A stretch of 55,521 nucleotides of DNA, taken from the sequence record SRR2962707_495; one strand, written 5' to 3'. The position numbers were made by a program, and so were the translations under genes. Below the pieces are notes generated by a model, which searched no databases, had not been told where the DNA came from, and saw only the letters and a program-made list of their open reading frames with translations. The number at the start of each line of letters is the position of its first letter. Position 1 is the stretch's first letter. Shown piece after piece: positions 27,952 to 38,300 of this stretch.

Positions 27952-28931
27952 GAAGCCTCCATTAGAATTTCTGCGGTTGCTTCATCGGTTACAAGAACCG
28001 AGATATAACCGGCTCTCAATGCGGCCAAGGCAATCATGTGTTTTTCAGCACCCGAAACAACGCCAATTGCGCGCTCTTTTTTACGCAATTGATCGAGCTT
28101 TAAGCCTACGGTGCGATCGTCAAGCGCGGTGTCTACAATTTCGCCATTTGCATCGACGAAGCGGCCCAGAATGTCGCCGACAGCGCCCGCTTCTCTTAGC
28201 CGCTTTGTGTCTTCAGGATTAAGATAGCCGGAACTGAGCAGAACAGAATCATCCGACAGTCCGCCCATACCAAAACAAATAACCGATGCTTTTTTCGCAA
28301 GGTCGAGAACGCGCTCAACAATGGGATCTTTTTCCAGCGCAACACGCGTCGAGCGCTTGCCAACAATGGCTGGAACTGGAAGCAATGTTGCCGTTCCGCC
28401 TGCCGATTGCGCAAATTCTTCTGCCACAGCTGATGTGCGTGCTGACGTTTGCTGCAATGCTGTCGCGCCGTTGACGAGCACAATATTGGTGCCTGGGTTC
28501 CACCCTAACGGTAAAGCGCGTGCAACGGCAGACATTGTGCGTCCCCAGCTAACACCAATGAGCGGTGACTTGGGATTTAAATTTACAATGTAATTGGCAG
28601 CAGCAGAAGCAACGGCATCAGTCATCAACGAAAGGTCTGTGATTTGCCCCATCGGCACCACGATCGCGTCCGACAGATTAAACTTCTTTTGAAGGGCAAC
28701 TTCGAAGCTGGTTTTGCGGTTCGAGCGGGGGATGATCTCAATCTTTACCACGCCCTCAGCCTTTGCCTCTGAAAGAAGCTTGCTGATCTGCCAGCGTGTC
28801 AGACCCAATTCTTTGGCAATTTCGGCTTGGGTGCGCTCTAAATCATAATAGAGTTTTGCGACCTGAACCATTAAATGCTCTCGGTTTTGATCGACGGGCA
28901 AACGTGAATTGTAAGGATTGCGCGGGCTCAT
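27948..28931 (-). CDS. SorC/DeoR-family sugar-binding transcriptional regulator
   Basis: VAKLYY...TQAEIAKELGLTR HTH, GVSWGRTM, GAVGDILGRF and LVTDE. ATGA overlap with the kinase stop. Confidence 0.92.
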   Translation of the reverse strand: MSPRNPYNSRLPVDQNREHLMVQVAKLYYDLERTQAEIAKELGLTRWQISKLLSEAKAEGVVKIEIIPRSNRKTSFEVALQKKFNLSDAIVVPMGQITDLSLMTDAVASAAANYIVNLNPKSPLIGVSWGRTMSAVARALPLGWNPGTNIVLVNGATALQQTSARTSAVAEEFAQSAGGTATLLPVPAIVGKRSTRVALEKDPIVERVLDLAKKASVICFGMGGLSDDSVLLSSGYLNPEDTKRLREAGAVGDILGRFVDANGEIVDTALDDRTVGLKLDQLRKKERAIGVVSGAEKHMIALAALRAGYISVLVTDEATAEILMEAS

Positions 28932-30445
28932 GATGCGCCTCCTGATTGGACCTTCGCCAAGTGGTGCATAACTGGTGTCAGCGCCTCTGTTGCCTCGCAA
29001 TATAGAGAAAGTGATTGATTATACCAATCGGTGCGTTCGCGGTTGGGCAGGATTTCCCGTGTCGGCGCGGCACAATGTTTGGCAGCATCTTTGATGTTAT
29101 CAAATAGACCAAGCGCTGTAGCTCCGCAGACCGATGCGCCGATAAGCGAAAGATTATCTTGCTCGGCGATGAGTACGGGGCGGCCAATGGCATCGACTGT
29201 GGCCTGCATCCAAGCGCGGTTTTTAACAATGCCGCCAGCCATCACAACGCGGTCAATTTCAACGCCGCGTTCAGCCAGCACCCGTAAAATATTGGCAGAG
29301 CCAAGGGCAACAGAATCGACACAGGCCGCATAAAGATCAGCGCGGTTGTGGCCAAGGGTTAGCCCCGTTAATGTGCCGCGCAATGCGCCATCGCGAAACG
29401 GCGTGCGGTTTCCCATCCAAAAATCGAGTGCCAATAGACCTTCCGCTCTTGAAGGTGTCGCAGCAACTTCTGCGATCAAATCTGCATGGCCTTTTTCATC
29501 AAGGCCGAAGATTGCGTGGGCGAGCCAATTTAAAATTGAACCAGCGGAAACCTGGCCGCATTCAACAAGCCAATCGCCATCACTTAGGGCGTTGGGATAT
29601 GGACCCCAAAAGCCTGACACGTCACGCTCTTCTGCAAGCTGTGTGAGTTGAACAACCGATGTGCCGCCGATGAACAACATGCCACCGGGCGATACAACAT
29701 CTGCACCCAACATGCCGATATGCGCATCAATGCCGCCCTGTGCGACCAGCGGTCGATTTTCCAAACCAAGGTCTGATGCCATTTCAGCAGACATCTGTCC
29801 GATAGCGCCGCCAACGGGAATAACTTCCTGCGGTAGACGATCTATAAGGTCTGAAATCCCAAGCTCATCATATAACTCGGGCACAAAGCGATCAGCGCCG
29901 CTATCATAGTTCCATTTGCAGGCAGCGTTCATGCGTGAAGCGACCCAGCGACCCGTCAGGTCAAAATTGACATAGTCTAGCGCTTCGCAAATGATTTCGG
30001 CTTCTTGCCAGATGTCTGGCTGATTGCGCTTTAGCCACATGGATTTGGGTATGAGCCATTCGACAGCGTCTGAGCCACCGCAAAAGCGCATCACATCATT
30101 TTTAAGATTTGCAGTCTCGCGGCTTTCAGCTTCAGCGCGGCAGTCCATCCACAAAAGCGCAGGACGGATTGGCGTTCCATCCAATTTGCACACAGCAACG
30201 GTTGAAGCCGTTGTGGCTGCACAGACAGCATCAATATGTTTCAAACCAGCAGCTTCGATTGCAGCACGGCCGGCTTTCCTAAGAGCCGCACGCCACTGAA
30301 GCGGATCCTGCTCTGCCCAACCGGCGCGCGGATAGCTTGTATCGTATTTGGCTTCAGACTGGGCGATCATTGATCGGGCTTCAAGGTCAAATACCCCTGC
30401 CCGAACACCGCCTGTGCCGAAATCAAAACTCAATAAATGCGTCAC
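28928..30445 (-). CDS. FGGY-family carbohydrate kinase (ribulokinase-like)
   Basis: DFGTGGVRA, WAEQDP, LWMDCRA, GGIDAH, GNRTP and AGG motifs. GTG start after GGAGAG. Confidence 0.9.
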   Translation of the reverse strand: MTHLLSFDFGTGGVRAGVFDLEARSMIAQSEAKYDTSYPRAGWAEQDPLQWRAALRKAGRAAIEAAGLKHIDAVCAATTASTVAVCKLDGTPIRPALLWMDCRAEAESRETANLKNDVMRFCGGSDAVEWLIPKSMWLKRNQPDIWQEAEIICEALDYVNFDLTGRWVASRMNAACKWNYDSGADRFVPELYDELGISDLIDRLPQEVIPVGGAIGQMSAEMASDLGLENRPLVAQGGIDAHIGMLGADVVSPGGMLFIGGTSVVQLTQLAEERDVSGFWGPYPNALSDGDWLVECGQVSAGSILNWLAHAIFGLDEKGHADLIAEVAATPSRAEGLLALDFWMGNRTPFRDGALRGTLTGLTLGHNRADLYAACVDSVALGSANILRVLAERGVEIDRVVMAGGIVKNRAWMQATVDAIGRPVLIAEQDNLSLIGASVCGATALGLFDNIKDAAKHCAAPTREILPNRERTDWYNQSLSLYCEATEALTPVMHHLAKVQSGGAS

Positions 30446-30478
30446 TAGGACACTCCTCCCCGGGCTCAGTTCATCTAT

Positions 30479-31501
30479 TTATGGACGAAACATGATTTTG
30501 GAGAAGAACAGATCCTTGTCATTTTGCAAGGAGGCAAACATATCTGGCAGTTCTTCGAGGGTTAGTTCATGCGTAATCATGAAGTCCCAGCGCAATTTGC
30601 CGGTTGCCAAAGCATCAAGTGTCACTGTCCATTGTGGGCCAGGATATGGCGCACCAAAAGAATTCCATGAACCATGCAGCGAGACTTCCTGACGCAAGAA
30701 ATGCTGGAATGTTTTATTATCGAGCGACACATCGCCGACCGGAATACCGATGAACACGACATGGCCACCTGGTGCGGCTAGACTTACGGCGCTATTAATC
30801 GATGAAGGATGGCCGGCGGCTTCCACAGTAATATCTGACAACAAGTCAGAAGGAATTTCTTGTCCTGCAAGAAAACAATGGGCTGCACCGGCTTCGCGCG
30901 CTTGTTCTAGTTTTTTCTCGGAAACATCAACGGCCACGACTTCGCGTGCGCCCATTGATAGCATCCATTGAATAGCAAATAGGCCAATTGGACCGCAGCC
31001 GATAACGGCGCCACGTGATCCAGCCTTTACTCCGCCTGCCTTCCAGATTGAATGGAGTGCAATTGATGCAGGGTCAACCATCGCGGCAGCGCGTGGGTCT
31101 GTGCCTTCAGGAACCTTCATCAGGTTTGACGTTGGTACAACAACCCATTCAGCATAGGCGCCATCACGGCGTGAACCGAAATAATCATAATCGCGGCAGC
31201 GCGAGAAATTACCTGTCGCACATTGGTCGCATTTTCCGCATGGCAGCATTGGTGGGACTGTGCACAATTCGCCTTTTTTAAAGCCTTCAACGCCTTCACC
31301 AAGTTCATCAATGCGACCACAAAATTCATGGCCACAGATAATTGGCATTTTATGTGCGCCCTTAATGAGCATGCGCGGCAAGTCTGAACCACATACGCCA
31401 ACCGCATCTACCCGCAATAAAACTTCGCCAGCACCTGGTGTTGGTTTTGCTACATCTTCGAGACGAATGTCGCCGGGTTTATACATGACAGCTGCGCGCA
31501 T
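30479..31501 (-). CDS. Zn-dependent polyol(-phosphate) dehydrogenase (galactitol-1-P 5-dehydrogenase-like)
   Basis: GVCGSD, GHEF, CGKCDQC...C structural Zn site, GCGPIG and GSWNS. Confidence 0.88.
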   Translation of the reverse strand: MRAAVMYKPGDIRLEDVAKPTPGAGEVLLRVDAVGVCGSDLPRMLIKGAHKMPIICGHEFCGRIDELGEGVEGFKKGELCTVPPMLPCGKCDQCATGNFSRCRDYDYFGSRRDGAYAEWVVVPTSNLMKVPEGTDPRAAAMVDPASIALHSIWKAGGVKAGSRGAVIGCGPIGLFAIQWMLSMGAREVVAVDVSEKKLEQAREAGAAHCFLAGQEIPSDLLSDITVEAAGHPSSINSAVSLAAPGGHVVFIGIPVGDVSLDNKTFQHFLRQEVSLHGSWNSFGAPYPGPQWTVTLDALATGKLRWDFMITHELTLEELPDMFASLQNDKDLFFSKIMFRP

Positions 31502-31558
31502 AGTTGCACCTTGTTTGTTTAATAGAATTTCAGATTAGGAATTTTTAGAAGAAAGATA

Positions 31559-31584
31559 GGCCGAGCGAAGTTTTCCGCCCGGCC
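31559..31584 (-). terminator. Intercistronic stem-loop after the binding-protein gene (partial terminator or mRNA stabiliser)
   Basis: Minus strand GGCCGGGCGGA-AAAC-TTCGCTCGGCC, an 11-bp stem with two G-U pairs, followed by a T-rich tract. Confidence 0.6.
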
Positions 31585-31594
31585 CATTGGGAGG

Positions 31595-32581
31595 TTACTT
31601 AGATAGAACTTCCGGACGGTATTCTGCGAACAGACCTTCGCGTGGGAATTCATTAACATTGTCAGCTGTAACCGCTTTTGAACCAGCATCTACGAAAGAA
31701 GGAACTTCTTTGCCTGCCGCTGCTTCACGCGCAACCTGAATGGTAACATCACCCAAATATTTTGGATCGTTGAGCGCAGTAGCAACATAGTTGCCGCCAT
31801 TTGCCATCATTTCAAGCGCTTCTGAAAGGCCGTCAACACCAGAGATAAGAACATCGCCGCGTCCGCTTTCAGCTAGAACCTGCGCTGCACCCAAAGCCAT
31901 ATCGTCATTGTGTGCATAGATCACTTTAACATCTGGATGGGCCTGAAGTAGATCCTGCATCGCTGTGATCGCATTTGCGCGGATATATTCGGCATATGGG
32001 CCTTCAATGATCTCATGGCCTGTGCCTTCGATTGCAGCATGGAAGCCATCACGGCGATCCATCATAACAGCTCCGCCAGCATCACCCTGAATTTCGATGA
32101 TTTTAGCGTTTTCAATGCCATCAGCTTTAAGACGGGCAACGACAGCGTCGCCAACCATTTTGCCCATAGCTTTGTTGTCGCGGCCAATATGCGCCACAAC
32201 TTTACCGCCATTAACTGAACGGTCGACTGTGATCACCGGAATACCGGCAGCCGCAGCGGCTTCAACTGATGGGATAACCGCATCAGGGTTTACAGGATTG
32301 ATAATGATGGCGTTGACGCCCTGTGTGATCAAATCCTGAATATCATTATTTTGCTTGGATACATCACCATTGGCATCAAGGAAGATCAATGTATCACCGC
32401 CAGCTTTAGCGGCAGCTTCCGCACCGTCTTTCAACTGAACGTAAAAAGGTGATTGAAGTGTAACTTGGCTAAAACCGATTTTTAGACCGTCAGCAAGACT
32501 CGGTGTCACGGCGGCAAAGCCGAGCGCAAGCGCAGATACAGTAACGGCAAAACGTTTCATAGCGGAACGACGAGTAATCAT
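31595..32581 (-). CDS. Monosaccharide/polyol ABC substrate-binding protein (RbsB-like)
   Basis: Signal peptide, IPVITVDR, AHNDDMALGA and GVDG. GGAGGAG RBS before ATG 32581. Confidence 0.92.
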   Translation of the reverse strand: MITRRSAMKRFAVTVSALALGFAAVTPSLADGLKIGFSQVTLQSPFYVQLKDGAEAAAKAGGDTLIFLDANGDVSKQNNDIQDLITQGVNAIIINPVNPDAVIPSVEAAAAAGIPVITVDRSVNGGKVVAHIGRDNKAMGKMVGDAVVARLKADGIENAKIIEIQGDAGGAVMMDRRDGFHAAIEGTGHEIIEGPYAEYIRANAITAMQDLLQAHPDVKVIYAHNDDMALGAAQVLAESGRGDVLISGVDGLSEALEMMANGGNYVATALNDPKYLGDVTIQVAREAAAGKEVPSFVDAGSKAVTADNVNEFPREGLFAEYRPEVLSK

Positions 32582-32626
32582 AGTGTCTCCTCCCAGAGTG
32601 TAAAATTGGATAAGTTCGTAAACCAG

Positions 32627-32651
32627 CATTTGTGATATAATGACACAAATG
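32627..32651. promoter_or_regulatory. Candidate operator for the SorC/DeoR regulator
   Basis: Perfect 8-bp inverted repeat CATTTGTG-N9-CACAAATG, about 45 nt upstream of the first gene of the operon. Confidence 0.6.
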
Positions 32652-33314
32652 TTACATTAAGCAAAGCCACCAGCGATAATTTGTCAATAGCATTTTGGAA
32701 ATCCAATTTACTTTCAGCTCAAGCCATTGATTTATAACATTAATTATTCGAGCTAATTTTCGACAGCTTTGAAAGCGCGGCCAGACCGATTATTTTCGCG
32801 GCGCAAAGCGATTCATAAATTTTCACGCATGTGATTTTTTAGATGATAATTCTGACCGCAATTAGATCACGCGTATTGCGGTGTCACGGTAGATTAGTGG
32901 CGCCTAATCAATGTGCGGGATTTGGGACAGTCACATGTAGGGCAATAAATCTGCCTCACCCAAACGAGTTCAATACGCTTTGTATATATAGAGAGTGGCA
33001 TCAGACCAAATAGTTGATGGACCAGCTCTCACAAATATAATGATGATTAACTTGCAAAATCTGAGATCATCACCGGGTTTTGCAAATTACTGACACCTAC
33101 CCCTTGACAAAATTATACCCGTTGAACGGCTTTATGCTATTCAGGGCCAAATCTTAGACAAATTCTCTAAAATTTCACTTTGTACAGACCAAACAGTCTA
33201 TTCTTTATCTTACCTCGACTGTCCGAGTACCTTCGATTGACTCCGAGACGAAATGTCGCAATCATTCTTGGTGCATCAAAAAGAAACAGATAGCCCAAAC
33301 AAGAGGGGAATAAC

Positions 33315-33752
33315 ATGACAGCAAAATTAGTGGTCGGCCTAGATGGTCATCCATCGGGCGAGCGGGCCTTGGCTCACGCAGAGCATTTAGCAAAGCTGAT
33401 TGGTGATTGTGAACTGGTCGTTGCTTACATCATCGAATGGTCGCCGTTCTCTTTTCAAACAGCTGAAGAAAACGCTGAACGCCATAAACGGCGTGAAGAG
33501 GAAATCTCAACGGCGTTGGCACGCGTCGTCGACCCTGCTGTTGCAAAGCTTAAAGCGGCTGGCTTAACCGCCGCTGGTATTGTGCGTCACGGTGATGTTT
33601 CAGGCGCTTTAATCGCAATTTCCGAAGAGAAGAAAGCAGATCAGATCGTCGTCGGCCGTTCATCTGAGGGCGGTTTTAGCAAACGTATCTTTGGCAGCGC
33701 CACTTCTAATCTTGTTATGAGCGCGAGCGTCCCTGTGACGGTTGTGAATTGA
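33315..33752 (+). CDS. Universal stress protein (UspA family)
   Basis: LVVGLDG, ADQIVVGR...IFGSATSNLV...PVTVV. Confidence 0.92.
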   Translation: MTAKLVVGLDGHPSGERALAHAEHLAKLIGDCELVVAYIIEWSPFSFQTAEENAERHKRREEEISTALARVVDPAVAKLKAAGLTAAGIVRHGDVSGALIAISEEKKADQIVVGRSSEGGFSKRIFGSATSNLVMSASVPVTVVN

Positions 33753-33762
33753 GGATAACACC

Positions 33763-35316
33763 ATGAACAATTTCAAAGCACTATTATTGTCTCCGATTGC
33801 GATGGCTGGTCTTTCTATCCCTGCGTTCGCACAAGACGCTTTAACACTAGACCAGAAGGTCAATGAGGTCTTCGCAACGATTACAGGACCATTTGTTAAT
33901 CTGATTTTCGCACCACTTCCCGGCACAAGCTTTCCTTGGATCGTTATGTGGCTGGTTGTAGCAGCTGCAATCTTCACCATCTATTTTGGCTTCGTTCAAT
34001 TTAGATTTTTTGGTCATGCAATTGGATTGGTAAAGGGCGATTATTCCGACCCAAACGATGCTGGTGAGGTTAGCCACTTTCAGGCGCTTGCCACAGCTCT
34101 TTCTGGCACAGTTGGCCTTGGTAACATTGCCGGCGTTGCTGTTGCTGTCGGCATTGGCGGACCAGGCGCTACCTTCTGGATGATCCTTGCTGGCCTTATG
34201 GGCATGGCATCGAAATTCACAGAATGTACGCTCGGCGTGAAATACCGCAATGAATATCCAGACGGCACCGTTTCAGGCGGTCCAATGTATTACATTTCAA
34301 AGGGCTTCAAAGAACTGGGCCTTCCAGGTGGCAAGTTCCTAGCGGTTCTATTTTCAATATTCTGTATCTTGGGCGCACTTGGCGGCGGCAATATGTTCCA
34401 AGCCAACCAAGCACACGCGCAGATTTCCGGCATCGTCGGTGATTATCCAGGTTGGATTACAGGCATTATTTTCGCGGCAGTTGTTTTCTCGGTTATTGTC
34501 GGCGGCATCAAATCTATTGCTAACGTCACTGAGAAAATCGTGCCGTTTATGGGCATTCTTTATGTCGGTGCAGCGCTGATTATCTTGATCGTTAATTATG
34601 ATAAAGTTGGTTGGGCTTTTGGCCAGATCTTTGAGGGTGCTTTTTCAGGCCTCGGCGTTGCCGGTGGTCTTGTTGGTGCACTTATCCAAGGCTTCAAACG
34701 TGCAGCGTTCTCGAACGAAGCCGGCGTTGGTTCTGCGGCGATTGCACACTCTGCGGTTAAAACAAAAGAGCCAATCACAGAAGGCTTCGTTTCTCTTCTT
34801 GAGCCGCTTATCGACACAGTTGTGATCTGTACGATGACCGCGTTGGTTATTACGATTTCGGGTCAGTTGATCGTGGATCCAGCGACCGGCCAGTTCGTAC
34901 TGAATGAAGCTGGTACGTCTATCATGACTGTAGGCGACACTTCTGGCGTTGGCCTTACATCAGCAGCATTTGGATCATCCATTTCTTGGTTCCCATATGT
35001 ATTGGCTGTTGCGGTTATCTTGTTCGCATTCTCGACAATGATTTCATGGTCGTACTACGGACTGAAGGCTTGGACTTATTTGTTCGGTGAAGGCAAACGC
35101 TCTGAACTGACATTCAAAGTCATCTTCTGCATCTTCATCGTTATTGGTGCGGCGGCAAGTCTGGGACCTGTGATTGACTTCTCAGACGCTGCGATCTTCG
35201 CAATGGCTGTGGTCAATATCTTTGCTCTCTATTTCCTCATGAGAATAGTTCGCAAAGAATTGACATCATATGGCTCTCGCTTGGCAGCAGGCGAAATTAA
35301 GAAGTTTAAACACTAA
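33763..35316 (+). CDS. Alanine/glycine:cation symporter (AGCS family)
   Basis: ALSGTVGLGNIAGVA, GGPGATFWM, GGPMYY and FSNEAGVGSA. Confidence 0.93.
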   Translation: MNNFKALLLSPIAMAGLSIPAFAQDALTLDQKVNEVFATITGPFVNLIFAPLPGTSFPWIVMWLVVAAAIFTIYFGFVQFRFFGHAIGLVKGDYSDPNDAGEVSHFQALATALSGTVGLGNIAGVAVAVGIGGPGATFWMILAGLMGMASKFTECTLGVKYRNEYPDGTVSGGPMYYISKGFKELGLPGGKFLAVLFSIFCILGALGGGNMFQANQAHAQISGIVGDYPGWITGIIFAAVVFSVIVGGIKSIANVTEKIVPFMGILYVGAALIILIVNYDKVGWAFGQIFEGAFSGLGVAGGLVGALIQGFKRAAFSNEAGVGSAAIAHSAVKTKEPITEGFVSLLEPLIDTVVICTMTALVITISGQLIVDPATGQFVLNEAGTSIMTVGDTSGVGLTSAAFGSSISWFPYVLAVAVILFAFSTMISWSYYGLKAWTYLFGEGKRSELTFKVIFCIFIVIGAAASLGPVIDFSDAAIFAMAVVNIFALYFLMRIVRKELTSYGSRLAAGEIKKFKH

Positions 35317-35357
35317 AATAAAAATGGCTGAGGCATCCATTTGGTTGCCTCAGCCTT
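35316..35357. terminator. Terminator between the convergent AGCS and RND genes
   Basis: GGCTGAGGCA-N10-TGCCTCAGCC (35326-35355). The A-rich flank gives a U-tract on the minus strand. Confidence 0.8.
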
Positions 35358-35387
35358 AAATATCATCGGTACACATTACCGAAGAAC

Positions 35388-38300
35388 CTATGTTCTTAAA
35401 ACGCGGTAGATGGCTGGGATAACCAGCACAGTCAGCAGCGTTGATGATGCCAACCCAAACAGCAATGAAATAGCCAATCCTTGGAAGATCGGATCTGTCA
35501 AAATGACAGCTGCGCCGATCATTGCCGCCAATGCGGTCAGCAAGATTGGCTTAAAGCGGATGGCTCCAGCCTCTATTAGTATTTCTGTTAGATCACGGGT
35601 ACGCATTCTCGTTTTTGCATCAGCCGCGTGTTCATCGCCGCTGGCAACAACGATGGCCATATCCGCATAAGGCATATCGTCATCACCATTGCACGGCACT
35701 TGACGCGGCGCATGACGAATAAAATCAACCAACAGGATCGAATTGCGGACAATAATACCGGCAAGCGCGATAAAGCCGATCATTGATGTTGCCGAGAACG
35801 GTGCGCCAAACAACCAATGACCACCTAAAATCCCGATAAACGTCAACGGAATAGGTGTCAGGATGACCAATGGGACTTTGAAAGAACCGAACTGCGCGAC
35901 AACGAGAATATAAATACCGAGCAGCGCCACAGCGAATGCTGCGCCCATATCTCTAAAGGTCACCCAAGTAACTTCCCACTCACCATCCCAGAGCAGCGAT
36001 GAAACGCTATCATCTGCCGGTTGTCCGTGAAGTGAAATCACCGGTTTCGTAAGGCCTGTCCAGTCCTGTGCATCAAGTGCATCTTGAACAGCAAGCATAC
36101 CATAAAGCGGTGCTTCAAAATCACCGGCGAGTTCTGCAGTCACCATTTCAGCTGGATGGCCGTTATGGCGGAAAATTGGAAACGATGCGCGTTCTTCATT
36201 CACACGCACAACATCGCCTAGCTCAACCACGCCTCTATCACCCGGCAGCACATTGGCCGGTATTGGCGTTGTCAAAAAGCGCTCATCAATGGTGCGCTCG
36301 CCCTTTGGACGTTCCAAGCGTATCGGAAATGGCTGGCGGCCTGCGCCCCTGTGCGAATAACCAACGGTTTTGCCGCCGCTTAAAATTGCAATCGTATCGA
36401 ACACATCACTTTCTTCAACTTTGAAAAACTCAAGGTCATCGGTCGATATTGTTACGCGCATGCGCCTTGCTGCAACGCCGTAGGAATTATCAATATCGAC
36501 AATGAAATCGACCGAACGGAAGGCATCTTCCACCTTGCTGGCGATTTTGCGGCGGGTCTCGCCATCAGGTCCATAAATCTCAGCCAACAAAGTTGCCATA
36601 ACAGGCGGTCCGGGCGGTGGCTCGACAACTTTAAGGCTTGTGCCTGCAGGCACACCTAAATCGCTAATTTGGGTACGTATGTCGAGCGCAATTTCATGGC
36701 TTGAACGATCACGCTCGCCTTTAGGCAACAAATTGATGGCAACATCGCCTTGTTGAGGTTCATTGCGATAAAAAGAATGTCTCACCAATCCGTTGAAGTT
36801 AAATGGCGCCGCTGTGCCCGCATGGGTCTGCACCGATTTAACTTCAGGCAATGCCAGTACAATACGCGCCACGTCTTGCGCGGCAGCATCGGTGGCCTCA
36901 ACAGACGAGCCTTCCGGCAGATCAATCGTGACCGACAATTCCGACTTATTGTCAAAAGGCAGTAGCTTAACAGTTACATGCTTGGTGTAGAACAGACCGA
37001 GTGATACCAAGGTGAGCAATCCCACGGCGATAAGGAATGTCCAGCTTGCACTCTTTGTGGCTAAAATTGGTTTTGCAACCGCAGCATAAGCGCGACCCAA
37101 AATGCCACCTTGGGCGTGATCGCCATGGGCGCTTATCGGCGCTTTGCCACTAATTTTAAGCATCAACCATGGCGTGACGGTAACAGCGACAAAAAACGAA
37201 AAGATCATCGCAGCCGACGCATTTGCCGGTATCGGGCTCATATATGGGCCCATCATACCCGAGACAAAGAGCATCGGTAAAAGCGCGGCGACGACAGTTA
37301 AAGTCGCAACGATGGTTGGGTTGCCCACCTCTGCGACCGCGCCGATAGCGGCATCTTTGCGACTGCGTCCATCATTCATGCCCCAATGGCGCGAAATATT
37401 CTCAATAACGACAATTGCATCGTCCACCAGAATGCCGATGGAGAAAATTAGTGCGAACAATGAAACGCGGTTAAGCGTGTAGCCCATCAAACGTGAGGCA
37501 AACAGGGTGAGCAAAATTGTCACCGGAATAACGATCGCCACAACAAGCGCTTCACGCCGACCTATTGCAATCCACACAAGCAAGATGATTGAAACGGTTG
37601 CCAACCCTAAGTGATAGAGCAGTTCATTGGCTTTTTCGTTGGCCGTTTCGCCATAATCACGGGTCACTTCAACAGCCATTTCATTGGGAATGAGCGTTCC
37701 CTCTAGCTGTTCAACACGGTCAATAATGCTTTGTGCAACGACAACTGCGTTCGAGCCGGCGCGTTTTGCAACCGCCAGCGTTACCGCAGGCATGCGCTCG
37801 ATCTTGTCATCTTTCTGAACAACGGTTGAAACATAGGTGGTGTCATTGGCACTGGTAAACTCAACATCTGCTACATCGCGCACATAGACGGGGCGGCCAT
37901 CACGCGATGTCAGCAATAGATTGCGAATGTCAGCAGGTGCGCGCAGTGTTTCGCCCGCCACAAGCATAATTTCTTCGCCTTGATCGCGAATGCGGCCAGC
38001 GGGGAATGCACGGTTTGCGCCCTGCACTTTGCCTGCTAGCTGTTGAAGGGTGATCCCATAAAGCGCCAGACGCGCGGGATCGGGCGCAATACGGATTTGC
38101 TCTCCAGTCTCGCCAACCAAATAGCTCAAACCCACATTGTCGATTTTCGATATTTCTGTTCTGAGTTCACGGGCGATACGTGTCAGCTCGCTGGCAGTTA
38201 TGCGCCCTACAGCATCCGGCTTTGGCGCCAAAGTCAGTGTTACAATCGCCACATCATCGATGCCGCGACCAACGATCTGTGGCTCTGGAATGCCAACAGG

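Noticed and set aside
33061-33130. TPP riboswitch-like fragments CTGAGATCAT and ATACCCGTTGAAC
   Set aside because: The fragments are about 45 nt apart, the required CCTGAT...GCGTAGGGA 3' half is missing, and no thiamine gene follows.
32900-33314. Glycine riboswitch expected upstream of an AGCS symporter
   Set aside because: No GGAGA...CCGAAG...CTCTCAGG aptamer core found; only a GAGAG/CTCTC stem.
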